Below, in pieces: positions 13,251 through 25,484 of a stretch of DNA of 64,000 bases. Each line of letters opens with the position of its first letter. Position 1 is the stretch's first letter. A program made the position numbers and the translations under genes. The notes below the pieces were generated by a model. The model searched no databases. It was not told the DNA's origin and saw nothing but the letters and a program-made list of their open reading frames with translations. This DNA comes from Leucoraja erinacea (lineage: Eukaryota): contig NC_073379.1 in assembly GCF_028641065.1 (NCBI RefSeq), positions 62,806,001 through 62,870,000 on the forward strand. The letters are read 5' to 3'.

Positions 13251-13995
13251 AGAGAGATGTCATTAGTATTTACTTGACAATTGCTTGAATCTTTGTTTAA
13301 CATTAAAGATGTACCTTTTTATCAATGTCAAAGTGTCAGCATCTGGATGATGAGAGTTTTATATTCCATATCATGTTTTTGCTGTCTAGAGTTATATATT
13401 TAAAGTAGGTCTTATTAACCTTTGAAAACCTAGGACCACCCTGTCCCCACAGGAAGATACTTCCCCAGTGACTTAGCTAAGCACCCGACTTAGTTCAAAG
13501 TAAATTTGTTTAAATGTACGAGACAATCAAAACCCCCCAAAATAAAGACAATGCAGGAAATAATTCATAATGACACACATTTAAAACAAATTAAAATCTA
13601 AATTTAATAATACTTCCTTGCAGCCATTCTTCATTGTAATGGATGAATTTTCAAGCACTCCATGGGATACTCTTACATGAAGCGTAGCAGGGGCTGACTA
13701 AAGTCAGTCATTTGAAGTTTAGTTTATTGTCAGGTGCTCAAGTACGGTGCGGTATAGGTACAATGAAGATCTGGCAGCAGCAGCATCACAGGCACAAAGC
13801 TTCAGACAATACATAAAATATAACTTATATAAGACTGTTGCTCCTGCTCTTTCTGAGCACTTTGACCAATATTGCATTTAGCCCGTTTTACCAAGATGCT
13901 TTACTTTTCAGTAAACTGAAGGGCATGAGTTGGATCCCAGTGCAAACACAAATTTATTCACGCATTCTCATATACAGTTAATCATAATATTTATT

Positions 13996-14710
13996 GGCCT
14001 GTCCCACTTAGGCAATTTTCCAGGTGGCCATCAAGTTGCTGGCAGTCGCCTGAAAAACCAGCACCTGGAACGGCGACTGTCAGAGTGCAACACACACACA
14101 AACACATCGCTTCCTTCACCAGCCCGTCATGCAGGCGGGGGACAGGGCAAGCGGGGGGAGCGCTGTCTGAGTGAAATTCACACGGTGCAAAGCCACGGTG
14201 AAACAGACACACACCGCGATGAACAGGAAGGTTGGCGCTGTAACTAAATCGGCTAAAGCACAGTGTACGGTAAGTCCTTTAAAAGGAGGGGAGAAGGAGT
14301 CAACTTTTAAGAAGCCAGAGATACACGGCTGCGAAGCTCGGCGGACATTTAACATTACTGGTCAGTTATCCTTGGTTCTGAAAACCACTGCTTGCCTTTT
14401 TTTTGCCCAATGAGCCAATGAAATTCACCGGTCAGCACCAGTTCCAACCTAGGAGAACCTATGACCTTCTGGCAACCCACTAGGACCTCCTGGCGACCCA
14501 CCTACGGCACGAGAATTCTCGCTACTCTCCATCGCGGCTTTATTCTAGTCGCCGCTAATTTTTCAACATGTTGAAAAATTCGTGGCTACCATAATGAGGC
14601 CGCGACTAGTTTCCAGAATGCGGGAACTCCTCGCGACCATGAAAGCGACTCCCCGGCAAATACCCGCGACCATGTGGCGACTGCATAGTCTCCTGCAGTC
14701 GCCTGTGGGA
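13996..14710. mobile_element. Non-autonomous PIF/Harbinger-type DNA transposon
   Basis: Starts GGCCTGTCCCACTTA, ends GTGGGACAG; perfect 24-bp palindrome at 14557-14580. Confidence 0.7.
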
Positions 14711-14715
14711 CAGTA

Positions 14716-15044
14716 CCACTTACTTGACTTTTTCAGCGACTGCCGGCACCCGTCATAGGTCGTTGCAGGTCGCCGAGAATTTCAACATGTTGAAAATCCA
14801 GCAGCGACCAGAAAGACGCTACGACTTTTTGGCCGACTGAGGAGACTACTCACAACCATACATGTGACACCCTGGCGACATGTCGTGGAGTGAAGCCTGT
14901 ATGGATGTGAGTAGTCGCCCAAAGAGTAGTACCTTGTTCTGGTCGCCGCTGGATTTTCAACGTGTTGAAAATTTTCGGCGACCTGCAACGACCTATGACG
15001 GGTTCCGGCAGTCGCCGAAAAAGTCGCGTAAGTGGGACAGGCCC
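14716..15044. mobile_element. Palindromic Harbinger-type MITE fused to the previous element
   Basis: Arms about 14716-14840 and 14910-15035 are inverted copies; ends TAAGTGGGACAGGCCC. Confidence 0.75.
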
Positions 15045-15467
15045 AATAGGCTTTAGTGAGTGACATGTCCGTGTCCCAATCACCATCCATTGCACTTGGT
15101 CATAGGTGGCTTCACTGGGCTCCTGAAGTCCAGGTTTTTCTGCTCTTCACAAGGGTTGGGCTCCTGCCTCGTGTGATGCCAATGCTGTCTTCACTCCATT
15201 GGCTGGAGCTTGCTTTAGCCTGTACTGACTGTGTTACTCACTGGTTTCACGGGCAGCTGCCAAGGTTCCGTCAGGGTGAGCACAAAATGCAGTTATCGTT
15301 GCTCTTAGCTTGCTGATGGGAAGGCAGTTAGTTATACCTTAGCTGTGGCCTTCCAGAAACTTCTGTCAGCTTGACCAAATGGATGGCAAGTTTGGAGGGC
15401 CACGACTCATCACTTCAAAGGATATTGAGTTTGGGTAAGTCTTTGAAAGCAATCCTCCAAATAAGGT

Positions 15468-15690
15468 GGACACAAGGAACCGCAGATGCTGGTTTACCAA
15501 AAAAGTTTCAAATGTATTGGAGTAACTCGGCGGGTCAGGCAACATCTCCAGAGAACATCAATAAGCAACATTTTAGTTTGGATCCCTTCGAGTCTAAGGA
15601 AGAGTCCTAACCTGAAACGTCCACTTATCCATGTTCTGCAAAGGTGCTGCCTGACACACTGAGTTACTCCTGCCCTTTGTCTTCTCCAAA
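15468..15690. mobile_element. Fold-back Penelope-tail mini-element
   Basis: GGAGTAACTCGGCGGGTCAGGCAAC arm and inverted GCTGCCTGAC...CTGAGTTACTCC arm. Confidence 0.7.
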
Positions 15691-16019
15691 TAAGGTCCAG
15701 ACATGAAATCGAGACTCCACACCATTCATTCCGTGTCTCTGTTGTTGCCCTTTCCATGGACTGACACTTCACTGATCAATGGGTCTGCAGGAGGTCAGCA
15801 ACACCAATTCTTCCACAGTATCACTAACCTGTGAGCTCAGACAATGTCTTGCCCAGCCATTTTTGAGGTGGATTGGATCTTCCATTTGTCCAATATCAGT
15901 TTGGCCAAACTCCCATGAGTCTCAGCTTCGATGTTCTGAGAGCCGCTTGACCACAGTGAAAATAAAAATACACAAAATCAAGACATGAGTGCATAAACAC
16001 AATGAGAAAAACATGTCAA

Positions 16020-16588
16020 GAGTGTTTTATTGTCACATGTCCCAGATGATCAATGACATTTTTACTTGCAGCGTAACAGAATATGTAAACATGGTATGAT
16101 ATGACAAACAAGAGAGAAAAGAAAAGCTCATTGTGTATATATGCACATATTCACAACATACCCACATATATACATACTGTATACACATACACACGTACTC
16201 AAAAAAACAAGCATAACAGTGCAACAACAATAATAATAATAGTCTATTGTAGTTCAGAGCCTAAATGAGGTTGTAGTGTATAATATCCTGATGCCTGTAG
16301 GGAAGAAGCTGTTCCTGAACCTGGACGTTACGGTTTTCAGGCTCCTGTGCCTTCTTCCCGATGGCAATGGTGAAATGAGTGTGAGACCAGGATGGTGTGG
16401 GTCTCTGATGATGTTGGCTGCCTTTTTAAGGCAGCGAGTCCGATAAATCTCTTCAATGGCGGGGAGGACAGAGCAGGTGATGGACTGGGCAGCGTTCAAA
16501 TCTTTTTGCAGTCATTTCTGTTCCCGGACGTTCCAAGTTGCCAAACCAGACAATGATGCAACCAGTCAATATGCTCTCTACTGTGCAA
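16020..16588 (-). mobile_element. Rex1/Babar LINE 3' end
   Basis: ESILTGCIIVWFGN and IIRDPHHPG...LPSGRRHRSLKTVTSRFRNSFFP peptides; ends TGACAATAAA. Confidence 0.9.
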
Positions 16589-16742
16589 TAGACAATAGGT
16601 GCAGGAGTAGGCCATACGGCCCTTCGAGCCAGCACTGTCATTCAATGTGATCATGGCTGATCATCCCCAATCAGTACCCCGTTCCTGCCTTCTCCCATAT
16701 CCCCTGACTGCTATTTTTAAAAGCTCTATCTAGCTCTCTCTT
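16589..16742 (-). mobile_element. CR1 3' tail fragment
   Basis: Reverse complement of the CR1 tail at about 52900-53050. Confidence 0.8.
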
Positions 16743-16759
16743 AATTACTGAGCTAGGAT

Positions 16760-17950
16760 TAGGGTTCTGCAGGCTGGTTCAAGAGCCTGATAGTTGTAGA
16801 AAATTAACTTTTCCTGAACCTGGTGAATAGGATTTAAAGCTTTTATATCTCCTGCCCGATGGTAGCAACAAGTAGAGGGCATGGTCTGTACAGGAGAGGA
16901 TCCTTGATAATAAATGCCACCATATTGATTGAGACAGCACCTCCTGTAGATGATTTAGATGGTGGGTGCACTATTTTAGTGTTCAGTTCGGTTTTAGTTT
17001 ATTGTCACATGTGCTGGGGTAGAGTGAAAAGCTTTTGTTGCATGCTAACCAGTCAGCGGAAAGATGACTGTCCACGATGGAACAAGTGAGTCCACTGCTC
17101 TCTGAAGCCTCGTGTGTCCCTGTGCTTTGGAGTTTTTGAAGCAAGCCCTGATGCAACCAGTCAGTACATCAGTTGAGCTTTGTTAGAATATTGACATGCT
17201 AAATATCTTTAAACTTCTAACAAAGGGGGACGCATGTATTCTTCATAATTATATCTCTCTGCCAGGCTTGGGACAGGTCACATGAGATGTTAATGCCTAT
17301 GACTTTGAAGCTGCCAACTATTCACCCTGGTGCACTTTTGTTGAACAGCGAGGAGGAGATAATGTTACCGATCTGCACCGCTTGAAGCTAACAATCCATT
17401 TGCAATGAGAGGTACAGCAGCATGTCTTGGAGCTTTGTGATGAGTTTGGAGGGGATGATTGTATTGAGTGCTGAGCTGTAATCAATGAAAAGCCCCCTGA
17501 CATTTGTGTTCCAAATGATCCAGGGCAGAGTGGAGAGCTAGTGAGAGAAAGAGCATCTGCTGTTGACCTAATGTGCCGATAGGCAAATTGAAACGGATTA
17601 GTTATTTCTGAGGCAGGTGTTGATTTGCGCAGTAAACAACCACTTGAAGCACTTCACTCCAATGTGAGTGCGACTGGACGGTAGTCATTGGGGCAGGCCA
17701 CCATGCTCATCTTCGGCACCAAGATGCCCTTTGAAACAGGTGGGAACCTCAGAAGCAAGAGGTGTAATACTCCAGCCTGTTGATCCATGCAGGTTTTAAG
17801 CACTTGGTCAATATGTCATCTGGGCTGGACGCTATGCATGGATTTAGCTCCTTGAAGGATGTTGCTTCACAGACTGAGATCTCAGGGTCATTGGAGGCTG
17901 TGGAAGTTCATGCAGGTTCGTAATTTTTCTCCTTTTCTAAGAGTGCATAA
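16760..17950 (-). mobile_element. Old Rex1/Babar-like LINE fragments
   Basis: Degenerate similarity to the 16020-16588 element and to Rex1 RT/EN-type sequence. Confidence 0.5.
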
Positions 17951-18132
17951 AAGGCATTGAGCTCACCTGGAGGTGATGCATCAGGGTGTATGGGGGATTG
18001 AGCAACATACTTGAGAAGAAAATCAAGAGGTCAAAAAAGAGGACATGGGACAGTAGTGATAGATACGATTAGGAGAATCCAAAGTGATCTTTTAAGAACA
18101 TTAAGATAAAATGGATAATTAGAGAGAGAAGG

Positions 18133-18445
18133 GTGGCTCGGTGGTACAGCGGTAGAGTTGCTGCCTTACAGCACCATAGACACGGGTTTGATCCTGACCA
18201 CGGTGCTATCTGTACGGAGTTTGTACGTTCTCCCTATGACTGCGGGGTTTTTCTCCGTATCATCGGTTTCCTCCCACTCTCCAAAGACGTACAGGTTTGT
18301 AGGTTAATTGGCTCGGTATGAATTTAAATTGTCCCTAGTGTGTGTAGGGTAGTGTTAATGTGCAGGGATCGCTGGTCGGTGCGGACTCGGTGGCCAAAGG
18401 GCCTGTTTCCGTGCTGCATCTCTATACTTAAACTGAACTTAAACC
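18133..18445 (+). mobile_element. V-SINE (HE1-like)
   Basis: Same family as 9823-10128. Confidence 0.9.
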
Positions 18446-18479
18446 TAGGGCTCCTCAGAATCCAAAGTGGTCATGTATG

Positions 18480-18780
18480 TTTTAGTCTTAGTGATACAGC
18501 GCGGAAACAGGCTCTTCAGCCCACCGAGTACGCGCCCCACTATCCCCGCACATTAACACTATCGTACAAACATTAGGGACAATTTACAGATATACCTAGC
18601 TAATTAACCTACAAAACTCTACATCTTTGGAGTGTAGAAGGAAATCGATGATCTCGGAGAAAACCATGGGGAGAACGTACAAAATCCGTACAAACGGCAC
18701 CCGTAGTCAGGATCGAACCCGAGTCTCTGGCGCTGCAAGTGCTGTAAGGCAGCTACTCTACCGCTGTGCCACCGTGCCAC
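18480..18780 (-). mobile_element. V-SINE (HE1-like), inverted relative to its neighbour
   Basis: Reverse complement of the same family. Confidence 0.9.
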
Positions 18781-20139
18781 ACAAATGTGTGGAACATCAA
18801 AATCTTGTTGTTATTTTCTAAGGGCCCTGCTACCAATATCTTAATAATGGATTCCAGAATTTTCCCACTATTGATGATGGGCTAATTTGTTTTCTGTTTC
18901 CCATTTTATCTATCCTTCCATTAAATTCTAAGTTTATATTTGCTACAAATCTGTGGGATCCAATCTAGAACATGTGCATTTTGGAAGATGGCAACCAGAA
19001 CACTTGGATAGCCAAATCTTTCAAAACTGATAATTCAGCAGGTCCTGGGGATTGATACATTTTTAATTCTATACATTTTTTGAATTTTTATTTAGAAACT
19101 AATGCTGTTTTTTTCAGCTTTGTTCATGCCAGACTTTATTTTAACTGCTTTTTCTATAAAGTGGAGGAATGATGGAAACGTTTACTTTCTTATAGTTTAA
19201 GACGTACCTAGATATACACTAGAATTGTTGGGGCACGGCAAATAAAGGACAAAGTGCTGGTAAATGGGGTTAATATGGATAGGCATGGCATTGCTAGCAC
19301 AGAGGCTGATTGTGTGTTATTAGATTCTATAACTTGGGTTTTTTGTATTTTCCAGGAAGACGGGCATAAAATCTCGCATTTATCTTCAATTTACTTATTT
19401 TCCAAAATACTTTCTCCCATTTCAGTGGACTCACTGTCATTTTTGTTAATCTTATTTTCTTTATGTAACTGTATTCATGTGGTTCAATACAAATTGCTTT
19501 TTATGTATGTGCTGAAGAAGTCAGCAAGTGCAAAATGATGAAAAGCTGTTATTACTGGCATTCAATAAGAAACTCACAAAATCAGGAACATCACATGAAT
19601 CTTACATCGCACACTATCCTTTGCAAATCTGACATCTTCATCTGTATAATGTTTACAAGGTCAAGGAAAACCAGAAACTAAAAGCAGAAAATGCTGGAAA
19701 TATTCCTCAAGTCAAGCAAAATCTGTGGTGAGAGAAATGGAGATCAGATTTCAGATTAATTACTTTTTTATCAGATTTAGAGTTCAAGAAAATTTCATAC
19801 AGAAAGGGGAGAGGCGAGAGAAAACACAAGGGAAGGTATGTGTTTGTGTGGAGATCGGGTTTGATTGCATGATATGGTGGCATGATATGTGGGCTGAAAG
19901 AGAACGATAAAGGTTATTGAATGACACAATGTATGTATTGAGGAGTAGGCAGGAGAAAATGAAATATGAAATTATCAGGAGATAATAAAATTCAATGCTG
20001 AAAACTGATAAGCGAGACAGGAAAAGCCGATTATCCGACATTGTTAGATTCATTCATGGCTGTGGAAGGCTGTAATGTGATATTGAAATCAATAATAAAA
20101 AGGGGAAAAAAAATGAAATATGTGAAGTTTTCATGAAGA

Positions 20140-20762
20140 AATGGGTAACTATTCTAGCTGTGGACTCCTATATATCGGCGAGACCAAACTCAAACTGGGT
20201 GATCGTTTTGCTGAACACCTGCACTCAGTCCACTTTGGCCTATGTGGTATCCCGGTTGCCAAACGCTTTAACTCCCCTTCCCATTCCCATGCTGAACTTT
20301 CTGTCCGTGGCCTTCTCCCTGTCAGAGAGGCCAAATGCAAATTGGAGGAAAAGCACCTTGTATTTTGCTTGGGCAGCTTACAACGCAGTGGTATGAATAT
20401 TGATTTCTGTAACATCAAGTAACGTTTTCATTCCCTCTCTCTGTCCCTCCCCCACCTAGTTGTCGTATTAGTTTCACTTTCTGCTGGGTTTCACTGTTTG
20501 TATCACTCGTCATTACCTTCCTCACAGCCAACAGTGAACCATTGTGGGCTCAACCTTTCGTTGATCATCGTTGCTGACTTTGATTTATTCTATGTGCCTT
20601 TTCATACCGCTTGTTTCCCTCTCCTCTGATTCTCAGTCTGAAGAAAGATCTCGACCTGAAATGTCCTTTTCTCCAGAGATGCTGCCTGACCTGCTGAGTT
20701 ACTCCAGTTTTTTGTGTCTTTCTTCAATGTAAGCCAGCATCTGCATTTCCTTCCAACACAAC
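20140..20762 (+). mobile_element. Penelope-like element 3' part (GIY-YIG plus hammerhead-bearing tail)
   Basis: ORF 20141-20422 CGLLYIGETK...RFAEHL...KLEEKHLVFCLGSLQRSGMNIDF; CTGAAGA at 20638. Confidence 0.9.
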
Positions 20763-21032
20763 TTTGCTGTTGAGCTTGGAAAGGCTCCCTCTCGTGTTTG
20801 CTGTTGAAACTGCAGCCATCAGTTCTGAATGTCCTGGCTTGTTGGTACGCAAAAACTCCTTGTCATGGCAGTTAAATTCTTTGATCAGCATCAGTCAATC
20901 CAAGGACCCATCTAGGTCCTTGTTAGGTTCAGTCATAACTCAACAGTTGTGGAGAGGTTGTGTAAAAATGTCTTGTGCTTGTTTCCAGTGATCGTTTTTT
21001 CAGCTGGAGCTATGACATCAATTAGTGCTGGT

Positions 21033-21175
21033 AGACAAAAAGGTTCAAGTCTGAAGAAAGGTTTTGGCCCAAAATGTTGCCTATTTCCTTCGCTCCATAG
21101 ATGCTGCCTCACCCGCTGAGTTTCTCCAGCATTTTTGTCTACCTTCGATTTTCCAGCATCTGCAGTTCCTTCTTA
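21033..21175 (+). mobile_element. Penelope-tail mini-element with 16-bp TSD
   Basis: ATCAATTAGTGCTGGT at 21017-21032 and 21176-21191. Confidence 0.85.
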
Positions 21176-21540
21176 ATCAATTAGTGCTGGTTGATTTCAA
21201 CAGGTTTTATTTATCCAGTCACGTCATGTGTACTCCTTGACAAAATCTGCATAAATTAACCACCAATAACTGCCTCATTAATTCGGAGACAATTCAACAT
21301 CAACTGCATAAGCCACTCCAGAATCATGATTATCATTACAGATATAGCAATTCCGGATTCACATTGCACATGAAATTACATGATTTACAAGAACTAATGG
21401 GTGGAATTAATAAGATTTGCAATTCAAATAGAGAATCATGGCACGTGGCGCAGAAAGAGATGCTTTGGCCCATCAAAGTGGTGCTGACTCAGTAAAGTAG
21501 ACCTCACTAATCTGCTCTTTCCCCACAATCCAACATGTTT

Positions 21541-23071
21541 AGGGCCCGTCCCACTTAGGAGACTTATTTTTTGAGTGCAGGCGACTGTCATAGTCTTGTT
21601 GAATCGCCGAAAAGTGAATGTGCAGAAGACATCGTACGACTATGTAGAAGACAAGCTACGACTATCTACGAGTTAATCACCGATGCACTCGTGACAATTG
21701 GCGATCCAATAGTGGGGACTGAAGACGACCACCTTCGACTTACAGACGACTACACTCACGATCACAGAAAGCAAGCTACGACAGGCTACGACTCTATAGT
21801 CACCTCAAAAAATGACGTTAGATTTTTCAAACATGTTCTTTTAAAATCAGTGTATTGCATGTTTTAGTGTTAGATTTATCGAACACTAAAACACTTGCGT
21901 TTGTGTGTTTCAATTATCTAAATATATGAGAAATGAAATATGAGATATAAGTGATGACATGAGGGACTACAATGAAAAAGAATGATATTCATACATCAAT
22001 TTGAGGTTAAAAAGTCAGGGATTTCCTTTATTGGTAATGAAACATACAAAAGTCTTATAAACAAACAAATGTTGATAACAGCCTGATGGGTGGTGTTGAG
22101 GGGTGTGCCCTGCCTCTGCGCTGAAGCCTTCTCCTCGGAGTCATGTCTCACACCGTCTGATCCACTGAAAGCAAAATTGCGCAATGACCGCGCACTGGAA
22201 TGACAGCGCATCACATGCTGCTGTTTACATACCTTTTTTTTCGCAATGAACCAATGAAAATGCCAACAAAAGCGATTAACTAAAGAGGCTGTCCCACTGC
22301 AGCGACCTAATTTGTGAGTTTAGAAGAATTTAGGAGAGTTTGAAAAAATGTCATGTTGAAGACCTCCTTCGACTATGTAGAAGACCTCCTTCGACTGTGT
22401 TGAGATTAGCTTCGGGAAAATTGAACTCCGAATAGTGGAGAGTGAAGACGACCTCCTTCGATTTCCTTCGACCTCCCTTCGACTATGTTGAAGACTATCT
22501 AGGACTGCCTTCGACTACCTTCGATTACCTTTGACTACCCTCGATTACCTACGAATAACATGCCGACCTACTACGACCTACTTCGACTTAACCTACGAGT
22601 AAAAAAAGTATCGATTTTTTCCATGGCGACCTTTTTTTACTCGCGGGCATTATTCAACATGTTGAAAAATACGCCGCGACCTAGCTGAGGCCTCGAGTAC
22701 GCGGGCACTACCCTCGAGCATGAAGGATTGTTACAAAGACCTCCTAGGACCTCATGTTGACCATGCTGCGAGTATGAGTCGAGGGCAAACTCGCCAGAAC
22801 TTGCGGATTAGGTCGCCACGTTGGGACAGCCCCTTAAGACTACCTACAAGTACCGAAGATGACCTACGACCTCACTACGACTAGACCATGGTGACCAATT
22901 TTGGGTTGCAGAAAAATTTTGAACATGTTGAAAAATTTTGGTGACCATACTGAGGCCGCGACTAGCTCTTCCGGACCATGAAGGAGACCACCTGCGACCA
23001 TGTGGCGATCTTGTGGCGAGCGCAGAGTCTCCTGCACTCGCCAAAGAGGTCGCCCATGTGGGACAGGCCCT
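21541..23071. mobile_element. Non-autonomous PIF/Harbinger-type transposon (outer)
   Basis: TIRs AGGGCCCGTCCCAC / GTGGGACAGGCCCT; flanks TTT and TTA. Confidence 0.8.
22284..22834. mobile_element. Nested Harbinger-type MITE with TAA TSD
   Basis: TAA|AGAGGCTGTCCCA ... TGGGACAGCCCCT|TAA; internal array of roughly 10-bp GACCTCCTTC/GACTACCTTC repeats. Confidence 0.85.
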
Positions 23072-23074
23072 TTA

Positions 23075-25227
23075 GCTTCTTTCATGTCACAAACCAAGGG
23101 AAAAGATGGTTGATTTTCCTTCGCCAGAGGAAGAATCAGGGATAGTAAAGTGCAAGTTCCGTGCAAGGACGCACAAGCGTAGGAAGGAGGAATGCCCGGC
23201 GTATGGGAAGGACTGCAATTGATGCGGACGACAAAACTACTTTGCCTGCTGCTGCAAGCAGAGGAAGGAGAGCACGCAGAAATGGGGTCTGCACAAAGTC
23301 GTAGAGACATCTGACACAACGTCCATTTCCGACACAAGGTCTGTGAGTTGCATTGAGATCAATGCAGCCGGAAACAATTCCTCTTCAGGCCTATCCGTTG
23401 AGATGCAGGTCGGCACAGCAGCCATCAAGTTTCAAATTGACTCTGGTGCCAGTGTTAATGTGATTCCCAAGCATCTTGTACCCAACAAAGAGGACATTAG
23501 ATGAGAGAAAATCACCTTAAAGATGTACAATGGATCCAACCTGCTGGCGGAATGTAAGGCAAAAGTCATACTCCGGAACGAGATGAACAACAAGAAGTAC
23601 CGGGTTCATTTCATAGTGGTAGAGGAAGGCTGGCTCACACCGCTTCTGAGCAGCTAAGCTGCACAACAGATGGAACTCATCACAGTTCACTACGAGAACT
23701 TCAAGAACCTGAATGCTGTTAGCAAGGCTGGCTCATTACTCAAGAGATACAAAGATGTCTTTGTCGACAAAAGACCTGGGAGACTGCCTGGCAAGGTCAA
23801 GTTGGTAACTAGGACAGAGGATGGTGACCCCATCACAGTGTTCTGCAAAGCCGGTACCTGTAGCCCTGAACGGGATGGTCATGAATGGTCTCATGAAGCT
23901 GGTCGAGCAGGACATCTTAACTAAAGGCGAAGAACCAACTGAGTGGTGTAGCAGGCTGGTCGTTACGGAGAAAAAGGACAGCAAAAAGGAGTTGAGATTC
24001 TGCATAGATCCTAGACCACTAAACAAAGTCCTGAAAAGGGAAATCCACAGACTACCAGTCATAGTGGATGTATTCCCTGAGCTGTCCATGGCGAAGATTT
24101 TCTCCAATTTCGATCTGAAGTCAGGATATCTCCCCTGCGAACTAGATGAGGAGAGTAGTTTCCTAACAACTATAAACACCCCTTTTGGTTGCCATTTGGA
24201 CTGAAAGTAAGTGCAGAGATCTTCCAGAAGAAGCTGCAATAAGCCCTAGAAGGATTAAAGGGAGTGGAATGTGTTGCAGATTACATCATCCTATTTGGAG
24301 TAGGGGACACCAGAGAAGATGCAGGAAGAAATCACGAAGCAAGACTGCAAGATCTTCTTCAGCGATGCAGAGACAGAGGCATCAAGCTGAACCGGAAGAA
24401 GTCGGTAGTGAAAACTACGTGTATCACATTTCTAGGACATATAATTACAGATTTGTGGACTGAAACCGAATCCGAAGAAGATCCAAGCTATCCTAGAGAT
24501 GCCCAACCCTACCAATCCAACAGAAATCCAAAGATTACAAGGCAGTGCAAACTACTTAGCAAGATTCCTGCCTATGTTGTCGGACACATTCGAGCCTTTG
24601 AGGGGATTGGCCCACAAAGAAGCAGAGTGGGAATGGTCATCAGAACATGACATGGCAACACTTATGCAAAAGGGACAACCACTGTCCTATGTGAGTGGAG
24701 CATTGATGCCAACTGAGCATAGATATGTTCAGATTAAAAAGGAGGCACTAGCAATAGTGTTTGCCCTCGAGCGCTTTCATCAGTACACCTACGGACAGAG
24801 AGTGAGCGTTGAGAGTGACCACAAGCCATTAAAAGTTATAGTAAAAAAGCCTCTGCATACAGCACCAAGACGTCTCCAAGGCAAGATGATGAGGATGTTA
24901 CACTACGACATCGAGATCAAGTGGGTAAAGGGAAAAGACATGCATCCAGCAGATATGCCCTCCCGAGCATACCTCCCTGACACCACAGGATCAACCAGAT
25001 TTACTGATGTCAACATAGTTGAGTCCTTGAGCATGGGAGAGGACAAGGTCAAACGCATCCAAGCCCGCACCAGGGAAGACGAAACACTACAAACAGTTAA
25101 GAGAGTAATCCAAAATGGATGGCCAGGTCACAAGGCAGTAGTTCCAGAGGCAGCACAATCGTACTTCAACGTCAAAGACGAGTTGAGTGTGCAAGATGGC
25201 TTAGTATTCAGAGGAGAGAGTGTTTGA
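23075..25227 (+). mobile_element. Ty3/Gypsy LTR-retrotransposon gag-pol relic
   Basis: Zn-knuckle-like CPAYGKDC, protease FQIDSGASVNVIP (DSG at 23439-23447), RT LRFCIDPRPLN/FDLKSGY, RNase H KEALAIVFALERFHQY...SDHKPL. Stops and frameshifts present; truncated before integrase; no LTRs seen. Confidence 0.93.
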
Positions 25228-25484
25228 GTTGACTGTTTTCCTTGCAAATCCTTCATCTTTTTCCTCGCTTCTGTGAGTATCTTAGCACCACGTGGTTTGA
25301 GGAGGTTAGATGTAGTTGGAAGTGTCGTCCTTGTTCTCCTTCCATGTAGTCAATGTTCAGTTAATGTTGGGTCAGTTTAGAAGATCACAGATAGATAAAT
25401 CTCTGGTCTCAGTCCTTGAACATCCTGCTTATGAAAATCGCAGGTAACAAATCCCCTATCTGAAACAGATATAGGGGGCATCGT

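Noticed and set aside
22360-22600. CRISPR-like regular repeats
   Set aside because: Degenerate decamers without unique spacers, inside a eukaryotic MITE.
23670-25227. Domesticated Gypsy-derived gene
   Set aside because: Multiple stops and frameshifts, a corrupted RT catalytic motif (ADY) and an RNase H deletion.
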